From Macrostomum lignano (taxonomy: Eukaryota): a stretch of 64,000 nt of DNA. The position numbers and the translations under genes are program-made. This document shows positions 54,823 through 64,000 of the stretch, in pieces. The DNA lies in the NCBI GenBank assembly GCA_002269645.1, contig NIVC01000031.1, positions 1,405,350 through 1,469,349 on the forward strand, written 5' to 3'. Below the pieces are notes generated by a model. The model had not been told where the DNA came from. It did no database searches and worked only from the letters and a program-made list of their open reading frames with translations. Numbering within the stretch: the stretch's first letter is position 1; every line of letters starts with the position of its first letter.

Positions 54823-55791
54823 TGTTAGGCGTCCCACTTTGTCAGCAGTCTCCCTCGCCCTCGCCCTGGGTTGCTGTCTGCCGCTGGTCAGCTTCCCGCC
54901 CCCCTTGGCCCGTCTGTTGCTGCCCTTGGCCTGTTCTGCCCTTCTGCGTCTCTGTTCTCAGCCCTCAGCTTCTCTGCTGTGGGCTGTCTCTGTTTCGTTC
55001 CCGTCCCGTTTTCCTCTGTAATGTGAGCAAGTCACATGACAGACTCTGCGTTCTTCGAGTCCTAAAGTGCAGTAAACATGTTTACTGCACTCGTTGGCCC
55101 TGTTTACCGGGAGAATCACGTGCTTTCGGACCCCTCCCTTCTCTAAGGAGAGGAGTGACTCATGTTGCTAAAATAGCAACTGAGTCACAGCCGCGTGTAC
55201 TCTGGCTGGAGACCTCAAGTGACGTCAGTTTTAAAAATAGAAAGAGTCACGAGGTCTTCCGCACGCTTGTACCCTGCCCAAGACTCTCAAGTGACGTCAG
55301 TTCTAAAAATAGAACGAGTCACGAGGTCTTGTGCGTGGGTGTTTCCCGGCTATAAATAGGAGCCCTCTCCCCCTTGTTTCCGTCAAGGAGTCGTTTTCCC
55401 GAGACCGCGAGTTCTGAGTGTCAGCCCATCTGTGTGCGTTAAGTTCTGTTCTTATTGGTCTGACTGAGTCCCGACTCAAGCGCCCCAAGCCTACGAGGGG
55501 CTAACTCAGCCCTCCCTCTACCAACCAAGCCCGGCAGGTACCGCTGACGAGACGCCTAGTACGTTGAACTGCAAATCTGCACTTGGTGCTGTGTTCGTTG
55601 ACTTCGTTATTTCGTTCCGACGGGAAGCTCACCTCACTGAAGGCCGAGACCTGAAGGAACTGGTGGCAGCACTACCTACGCTAGCTACTAAGAGCTAAGA
55701 AGGCTTCCGAGTGAGAAGACGGAGAGCCCAAATCACTGCGCTGTACAGCAGGAGAAGCACAGGTACAACATTGGTGGCAGCGGTGGGATTC
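54823..55791 (+). mobile_element. LTR (54823-55770, TGTT...AACA) plus tRNA-Leu primer-binding site; internal coding region missing
   Basis: TGGTGGCAGCGGTGGGATTC at 55772-55791 is complementary to the 3' end (with CCA) of eukaryotic tRNA-Leu(AAG/UAG) as recalled, and lies 1 nt after ...TACAACA. TATAAATA at 55351; duplicated U3-like block. No gag/pol ORF follows. Confidence 0.8.
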
Positions 55792-57639
55792 AAAGACCTA
55801 CCAGGCCACCCCGAGAAAACCCCAAGTACAACAAAAGCAACTGTGCGCTTACAACTGGAAGCCCAAGTCTTTGGCTGTACAACACAAAGTACGTGACTAT
55901 CGCATTCTCGTTTTAGCTCGGAGAATCGATTTCGCCGACATTTTTTGTTTGATCGTGAGAAATTTTCTTGATCACTTGGCAACTACGAGCGTAATAGAAA
56001 CAAAAAGATGCTAACAGAGTCTACATACAGTTGGCCTGGAGAAGCTGCAAGGGCTTTGCATGGCTTGGATTCTATTAAAGCAGCATTTCACTCTAAAGTG
56101 TAAGTCTAAAACAAGGGATGAACGGCTTCAGTGGAACTGCATACATGCATGTACTTTGCAAGCCCTTTAAGTTTGAAGCATCGCCTCTTCATGGCTCGTA
56201 CACGTAACTCCTAAACTTCTTCAGTTCGATTTCGTTCTTCAGGACAACTGATATCCCGCATGCTGTTCTTTTGCGTGGCCGCTAAATGGATATTTCTCTA
56301 AAAAAATTCAGCCATTAATTGCTAGAAGCATAAGCGATCGATTTCCAATTGTTAAACGGATATTAGTTTTTATGATTCAGAAAAAACTCATTTTTGTTGC
56401 TTTTCGCAAGGCAAAATACAGTTGTCAAGTCGAGCAATGTGAGCCAACACTAAACTACAATTATCAGAAGAACAGCGCAGGAAAAAGTGTTGCCTAGGCA
56501 TTTGAGAATTAGGTGGAATAATATTCCAGGTCTGAATATTAGCTGTTTAAATATAGTATTCCAACAACTGATTACAAGAATACTTCAGAAAAAAAATTTT
56601 TAGTTTTTTTATATTTCACGAAGGAATTGCTCTACTTGAATAAATAAGCGATGGTATATTTAGAAGCTTAAATAGAAAATTGAATAAATAAATTCAGACA
56701 GAATATAACAAACAGTGTACAGACCGATAGATTCTATAAACGTAAAACTACAAGTTGTAATCCAAACAATATTCAGGACGGTGACTTTTCGTCAAAATAG
56801 GCTCGTATATGCGATTGTATATACGAGTATAACAAATCAATGAATTTTGACACTGTCACACAGTAAAACAAAATGAAACAATATAATTGCTAAACATTGG
56901 ATAAAACTGCACATTATGCATCCAGTTCAACTAAAAAGTAGGCGTGCAAATACAAAATTCATCTCATAAAGGCCAGAGTTCCGCTTGTAGAAGACTACTC
57001 AAATCGATGTAACTACGAGCGTTCATGTAGTTGGCTCAAGGCCAATCGTTCAATTCATCTGAGCAATCTTCAATCCGCGGAGCTATTTCCGTAACTATAT
57101 GGTAGAGGGTATTGTGAACTTGAATTAAGATTTTCACGTGTCAAAAAAATGCTCTGCCTTTTGAAAAAAATAAAACTTTAACCAGAGAGTGCAATAGTAA
57201 GTAAACAATCAAAAAAGCTTTAGAGTTGAATTGGTAAGGAAACATGTCGAACACTTTCAGATAGAAAATCATATTTGCATGAATTATCGAGATAAGTAGC
57301 TACTCTGTGCCTAGAGAGTAGTTCTTCATGGACCTCATGGGGCAGAAATCCCACGACAAGCTAGCCCCTGTATTTAGAATCATATAGTAAATGTAAGCAT
57401 TGTGCTAACTTAAACCCACAGATTATCAGTCCGATAGAAATTCAAACACACATCCCCACTTTTAAAGGGAGAAAAAAAGTTTTGTCTAACTACGTACATT
57501 CGAAATAATAAACGTTGTATCCAAAAAACAAACAATAGAGCATCCTTAAAACCACTGAAACCTCAAAAACGAAAGTAAGTTTTTCCTTTGACCTTCATTT
57601 TTTCGCTTGAAAAGATGAGTTGCGTTTCAAAATCGACGG

Positions 57640-60600
57640 CTAAGCGCAGCCGCTGCCGATCATTTGCAGCAGCACGAAGCCGTGCTCGCTGCCCGTGTTG
57701 CCACTCGTTGTGGCCACGCAGCCGTTGCCGCCGCAGAAGGAGCCGCCGCCTCCTCCGGCGTGGTCGCTGCGAGCCCCAGCTCCGCCGCCGCTGTAGCCTC
57801 CGCCGGCTCCTGCCGCTCCTTTGGTGGTGGCCGCGCCTCCGCCTCCGCCACCGCCGAAGCCGCCGTCGGCGGGACTCGTGTCTCCGGCTCTGCCGCCGAC
57901 CCAGCCGTCGGCGCGACTGCCGCCTCTGTCTCCGTATTCGGTGCTTGTGCGGGCGGCGGTAGGCTTGCCAAGCCAGCCGGCTCCGCAGCCTCCAGGGTTT
58001 CTATCGGTAGCCGCAGTGCTTTGGTCGTTGCTGCCCGGCTGTCCGTTAACGCCTCCGATGCCAGTTTGGGCTGCCTGCAAGCGATGTCGAGTATGTTTTT
58101 GAAACCATTTGCTTTCTGTAGAACTGAAGCGGAATGACGCTAAGATTATGCAGTGAGCCATTAGGATTACTGTTTGGTGTCTCACTCGTCAGCAGTTTCC
58201 CTTGTGCTCTTATTTGCAGCCGCTGGGCAGCTTGGCTCAGCCTGCAGCTCTTGGTTTGCTCTTTGTGCAGCGGCACTAGTGGATGCACTAGTGCCTGGGT
58301 GTCTTGTTCTCTTGTCTAGCGGTCATTAGCGGCTTCATTGGTGGGCCGCTTTCCCCTTGTCATGTGAAGGCTGAGACCCGAAGGGACTGGTAGCAGCACT
58401 ACACCTACTCTACTAGACGGCTCCAGATTGAAAAGGAACGAAAGCCTTTTATCTGTGCCGGCGCAGACTAAGAAGCATGTACAGGTGTAGCTACTTCAAT
58501 TAAAATCGGAAATCTCTAAATAACTCAACCTGAAAAGTTTCTATGTACGTATGTATAAAAATAAACAGCTGCACCAGCTGGGACTGCGACATACAACCGT
58601 GCTGTCAAAACAGAACCGTCTGAGAAAGAAGTCTTCACAATACACTAATGCGATTCGAATAACTTACGTATTCCATAGCATTTCTAAAAAATAGCTGGAC
58701 AAGCATTTACAGTGTAAATGAAAATCCGGGAAAACACATCGCATACTTATGCAGGCTTCATTTGCAATTGTGAATTTCGGAAGGTAATTGTCAAATTGTT
58801 TTGTTGAAAAGATGTAAAAGTATCTACATAGCTCTATATTGCAGCAAAAATCGACTAAAGTGAAATTCAAAGAAGCGCTGTTGCAGTGTCCAATCTGCTT
58901 TATTTAGCTAATTACTTGCCATTGCTGAGATGTCAACTGTATTGAATTGCAGCAAACAATTAATTCGAATCGAACAATCTGTAGAACTTACATCATCAGT
59001 CCCGAACGAGTTTGAGCCTCCTGTGCCCGCCTCTCCGGGTCGACCTGAAATTCATTTACAGTCAGTTCATTCATTGCAGGGATCGCTCATTCACCCAATC
59101 TACTGCAGGAGAAGGTAAGGCTCAGAAATTTCTATAGCTGAACCAACCTTAAATACGCAGATATCATGTTAACGTTTTCACGAAACCAGAGGTTAACAAG
59201 TGGCAGCTGTAATGCAGCTCAAGCCACAACTCTCCACTGTCCCCTCACCAGCCTAAGCTGTATCACCCACAGCTTTGAGACGAGAACCGCAGGTGTGTTG
59301 TGAATTGCGTCACTTAAGACTGAGATCCGAGAATAGTTGACAACTGTTTTCGGGCTGGAAATTTAACCATGTTGCTGAGTACGAGCGTACCTTAAAGTTT
59401 TGCAACAACAAAAACTTTTTAACTTTAAATTGTTTTTTTCAAAGTTGTTACGAGCATATACTGCTCACTCTACTTTTCCGAATGTATATATAAGTGCCAA
59501 CTTTTGCTTTCATAAGAATTTTAGCATGCGATCGTCGTCAATTGAAGACTGTCTCGGCTAAAGTGTTGTGAAGCAGAAAAAATTCTGCAATATTTCTGGC
59601 AGCCTGCACCATCAATGAACTCTGGCCTGTAGATCCATGAAGATTTCACAATTTTACAATAGAAATGCGCCAGTAGACTGAGGCATTCTTCAGTGTAGTT
59701 TCGTCCCTGGTTCAAGGACTACTTAAAAATATACTTGATAAAAGATACTTAAGTCGCCATTTCCCTAAACTGTTTACCGGCTTCAGTTTCTTGAAACTTT
59801 TCACAAATACATTATTGAATAGCTGCATACGACAATATGGCAAAAGCAACTATCAAACGTCTCAGTTAAGATACAATAAAAATCGCATGCTTACCGGAAT
59901 ACCCATACGAGGCGCCGCCGCCGCCGCCAGCGGCCATCAGCAGCTCATTGTTCGATGTCCGGTACACGAAGCTGCCTCCGCCGCCGCCGCCGCTAGAGTA
60001 GCCGCTGCTCTGCGACGGACCTCCGGCCTGGCCGACAACAATCGACAGCTGAACTCCGACTGACAAACTGACGTTTCCAGCAGCCAGAGCTCCCCTGCCG
60101 CCGAGTTCGTCAGGACTGACATACGTGTTGTCGCCGCCCTTGGCACCAGCGAGTTGGATCCGGTAGCAGCCGGCAATGTCGATGGTCACCAGCTGGACAG
60201 AGCCGATTCGACCCGTTCCATTGTCTGAAATCCATGCATGTTTCAATTAGTTATTGCTGACTCAAATATGCTCATATGGATTGAATTTAAAACGAACATG
60301 GATAGCGCAAATTAGGAACTTGTGGCCAGCTCGAGCCGACTTAAAGAAGACGGAAAAAGTGCACCAAGTGTGCGATACTCTATGCAAATTTACATGCGGC
60401 TGAACTCTCACTTGTAAACACTCGAGTGACATTTATAATACGAGGCTTCATCAGTTCTTCGAAGTTTTCCAGCTTCATCACCACCGCCTCAGCAGTCTCC
60501 GAGCCCAGTAGTCTCCATTCGTTGTTTCCAGCAAATCCCGGCTCGCGAGACACCGTCACCAGCTGGCACAGATCGCTGCTCTTCCAGAACACGGCGGCAG

Positions 60601-61178
60601 AGCAGGATTTCATTCCGCACAGCATGGCGCATGCTTCAACTGAAGTCACTCCGGAGGCATTCAGGACTTGGCTACTGATGGTCGAGTTGACAACAAGGAC
60701 GCCGTTGTGTTGCACATAGCGAGTTCGGTTGCAAGCGCCTACATTGCAACATGGAGTGGGGGGGGGGCAAAGTCGTATTCTGCATATCACCTGACCATTG
60801 GTAAAACAGTTTCAAGTATAAACTTAGGCAACCCGAGACGCAAAGATGGGATTCAAGAGGCCTATAGGATTTCTAGTTATTAGACGCCCTGAGAAGAATA
60901 ATTTCAAAAGGCAAAAGCAAATGAAGTATCGTTTATCTTTAATCATCGCCTTCTTAGATATCGTCTCGCTACAAATTAAAAAAGCAAGCCGGATCTGGAA
61001 GACTTGCCTCGCCATAGCAGTTCTTATTTATTCAAAGTACTTCTTTGCCACGAAAACCTGGATATATTTTGCTGATAAACTATTTTAGAGCAAAAAATCA
61101 ACTTCATCACACACCTTCGGAGACCATGACGCAGCAGAAACCGATGGCAAAGAGTAGCAATGTCTTCGACTGACGCAT
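57640..61178 (-). CDS. Predicted secreted PAN/Apple plus ALK/LTK-like glycine-rich-domain protein, copy B; 5 exons, ~408 aa
   Basis: Exons: 61178-61115 (MRQSKTLLLFAIGFCCVMVSE), 60738-60394, 60224-59895, 59044-58992 and 58074-57640. Exon lengths and phases are identical to copy A, all introns are GT-AG, and the ORF is intact. Confidence 0.85.
58171..58493 (+). mobile_element. Short solo-LTR-like relative of the 54823 LTR, in intron 4 of copy B
   Basis: The 5' end tgtttggtgtctcactcgtcagcagtttccc resembles tgttaggcgtcccactttgtcagcagtctccc. The internal gaaggctgagacccgaagggactggtagcagcactac resembles 55639-55675, and the 3' agaagcatgtacaggtgtagc resembles the LTR end. Absent from copy A. Confidence 0.6.
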
Positions 61179-62329
61179 CTCGAAAGTTGTGTGTTTGCCG
61201 TCTCTCAGTACTGGAATTGTGCGTCCGAATTGGAACGAGGAGCTTTTTCCCGCTCACAAATCTTTACTGTTTAAAATTTTCTCAGAGGCCCTTCTGTTGA
61301 TTTTTTTGCTGAGCCGTTGTCAAGGCGCGCGAGGTTATAGATTCAGTGTCTCTGTCCCACTCCGGTCTCTGCAGTACACTTCAATTCGCTTTGTACGTCC
61401 AGCCACGGAGGGATGCTACTCTCTGACTTTCTGACTTTCTCAACTGTGCAGAAGTTTTTTTATTTTGTTTTAGGCGTTTCCCCAGTTTCGCTTTTCTACT
61501 AAATTTTCTTCCTCTTCGTAGACTTTTATCTCGCCCACTTCACTGCATGACTCAGGTGACGCTTCATACAGAGTAAAACCTTTTCTGGAATAATAAGGCT
61601 TCAAGTCGTCATGCTTCTCAGGCAACTTGCTGGGCCTAAGACTTAAGGCTGAGTGGGCGTCATAGACGAAAGGATAGCCTCAGTCTCGAGAGAGCAAGAC
61701 TTTTTTGAGCATGTACTCAAACGAGATCAGATGCAGCCATATTTGACTGAGGCACAAATATTCTAGCACAAGCAAGCTGAGGCAAAAGCTCCTAAAACAA
61801 GGTACTTTCTTTGATGCACGCGAAACTGAAATAACGAAAATCTGACATTTTCCAGCTTTGATTATGCCTGTTCGCCACCACAGTACACATGCACCTGTCA
61901 ATCAGCTTCGAATATTGCTCTGGTAGCCATTCGAATCGATTCAGCGGCGGTTAAAAAATTGGAATATACACCTAATCTTGGTATTGTTTTACTGTAACCG
62001 TTTTTGTCTAAAAGATTATGATAGATGTCAAGTATATTTAATGCATAAGCTCGCCACCACAAGTTTCAATGTGAAAATGTATTTCAAATACACACATTTT
62101 TCCTTTGGTGGATCTCCAAAAATATTCAGCCAATTGCCATGAAAATCCAAAACACGTGCTAAAATTTTCCTCTCTATTCGATGAAGCAACTTCGAGAATA
62201 ACGAAAAATCGGCATCGTCGAGATATTAAAAATTCTCCTCGGGGTGTCCGGTGGCAAAAACCTCCAACATTGGCAAAATTTTTCTGCTCACAAAATCTCA
62301 TCATGAAACCACATCGGCTCAACAACCTA

Positions 62330-62810
62330 TGCATGTCAGTCGCAGGGACGTGCTCTCAGCATCCCAGGCACCAGGGTCCCCTTCATCAAATCCTCTTCTG
62401 CATGCAGCATTCAGTCAGTATACATAATCGGTGAATGAAATGGACAATCATGGCGACCCTCTAGGCTGACCTGTAGATATACAGGCGACTTTCGGGACCT
62501 TCAACGGAGTTCTACCACACGGCCTTGATAGAAAAAGCATGATGTTGGTGGTGCCAGCTCGTCAGGGCACTCCGTTGAAGGTCCCGAAGGTCGTCCAGAC
62601 AGAGCTTGAATGCTGAACATGGTTCAGGACCATTTTATAATATGCAAACATGCCTAGTTTGGTGCCTGGATAGAGAAATCACGATGTTCGGGGTGTCAGC
62701 TCGTCAGGGCCGCGTGGTGGCACACCGTTGAAAGTCCCGACGGTCGCCGTCAATGCTCCAGACGGTGATGAAGAGGATACTGGTGCCTGGGATGCTGAGA
62801 ACAAAGGCCT
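62330..62810. other. Nested inverted/direct repeat structure inside a copy-B-specific insertion
   Basis: Perfect 21-bp inverted repeat (62354-62374 / 62780-62800), a 25-bp inverted repeat (62486-62510 / 62569-62593), and a second direct copy of the inner arm at ~62681-62745. Confidence 0.8.
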
Positions 62811-63789
62811 CGACGACAGATGGACCCAGATTATTGAGCCAATATGGATTCACCATAAAGTGAAAATACATGTAGCGTGGGTCTTTCTACTGTTAACAGA
62901 AGTTAATATCTTGATGCCTATAGAGTTGCGTACAGTCCTGACGGACAGAAATTTTAGATTGCAGGAAATTTTTCTTCTTTATGGTAAAGCTAATCGATTG
63001 AGTTTTTCCCCAGTTGCAACTGGATGCTAGTAATTTTCCATCGTAAAAAATACTAGCCAATGGAATTTTCCATGCAGAGTTTTGACTTTGTCGTTGTCCT
63101 CTTGCATCAAGCACTTCAGTTAGTTGAAGGGGGCGTATCTTGGCGATGTATTTTGACACTGCAATAGGCTTTGCTGTACATTTTTCATGCTGTACTGTAC
63201 ATTCCAAAATGAGAGCATTTCCATGGAAGTTACATGAGTGTCGTTAAACGATATAGACTCTGCCAGCTAGCTAGTTTTGCATGGTGACGGGGCTGCACTA
63301 TTTCTAAAGCAATTTGTAGCGTTTAAAATTGTGGGCATTTCTTATGCCTTAAAAAGTTACTATCTCTCATTACAATATATCAACAATATCACCTAATACC
63401 TTACCTTTACACTGTGCCTATTAAAGCAACTAGCTAGGCCGGAGCTAAGTTCAATGTGATTCTTTGTTGGGAATAATTCGTAAAGAAAAAATAAACTTGC
63501 CTGCTGGCTATTTATTATGATTAACCACTGTGGTTTGAATTGCAATCCAAAAGTATAGCTCGTAAATGTGCCAGATAGTCCTTGCTTGATTGCAGTTGAT
63601 GTAGTCAGACAAAAGTATACGTGATTATAAAAGCTGTTATGGATGGTTAAATTCTGACATTTTGTGCCATAAAATATCGAGTAAAGACGGTCGACACTAC
63701 TGTGATAGTTTAGTAGCGAGACGTGAGTTCAATTAAATTTAACGAAAGCTTTGACAAAGCTCAAGGTTTTAATAATAATAATATAACTG

Positions 63790-64000
63790 ATTACACCTGC
63801 CCCAATTGGGCCAGATGTGCAACCGACAGCTCAGCCGCAGCTACTGCGCAGCGCATCTGAATGCTTGCGTACGGCTGTTCAGTCCAAGGACTGGGGCACC
63901 CATTTTACAGCTGGGTGAACTGAAGCAATGCAGAGTTAAGTTTCTTGCTTAAAGACACAAATTGTTAAGAGCAGGCTGAAACTTTCAGTCGTGAGTCCGA
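63790..64000 (+). mobile_element. CORE-SINE (MIR-core-like) fragment running off the window end
   Basis: cccattttacagctgggtgaactgaagcaatgcagagttaagtttcttgcttaaagacaca (63898-63959) resembles the recalled CORE consensus CCCATTTTACAGATGAGGAAACTGAGGCACAGAGAGGTTAAGTAACTTGCCCAAGGTCACA. Confidence 0.55.

Larger units (their letters stand above)
56320..63730. repeat. Segmental tandem duplication, unit B (paralogous to 45000-51030)
   Basis: Collinear with unit A. Carries extra insertions at ~58171-58493 and ~62080-62870. Confidence 0.9.

Noticed and set aside
54823-58493. The two LTR-like sequences as the ends of one element that captured exon 5 of copy B
   Set aside because: They are too divergent and unequal in length, and the intervening DNA is collinear with duplicate A.
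62681-62730. Minus-strand CUGACGA...GAACAUC as a minimal hammerhead
   Set aside because: Stem II pairs poorly, GAAA is incomplete and stem I has no partner.

Overview
Eukaryotic (animal) genomic DNA with GC-rich exons, AT-rich GT-AG introns and dense mini/microsatellites. The style suggests a free-living flatworm such as Macrostomum, which is inference only. Genes assembled by hand from splice sites: (1) gamma-SNAP (NAPG), minus strand, 3 exons, 17110-10252; (2) a head-to-head axonemal dynein heavy chain of the DNAH6 type, 18 coding exons, 18324-34281, with two apparent 1-nt deficits; (3) an orphan C2H2 zinc-finger/coiled-coil gene, 36526-38285; (4) a 4-EF-hand calmodulin-like gene, 40113-41450; (5) a cluster at 42.5-61.2 kb of predicted secreted proteins made of a signal peptide, a PAN/Apple domain and an ALK/LTK-type glycine-rich domain, with no transmembrane or kinase region. 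The cluster has two intact 5-exon copies in a ~6-7 kb tandem duplication, plus three decayed, inverted or repeat-expanded relatives. Mobile DNA includes a decayed Tc1/mariner element, an LTR with a tRNA-Leu primer-binding site, a related solo LTR, MITE/foldback elements and a CORE-SINE-like fragment. There are at least 11 tandem-repeat arrays and no CRISPR array. The best candidate for an undescribed system is the kinase-less Apple plus ALK-glycine-rich family, which appears to be under birth-and-death evolution with exon-focused homogenisation.
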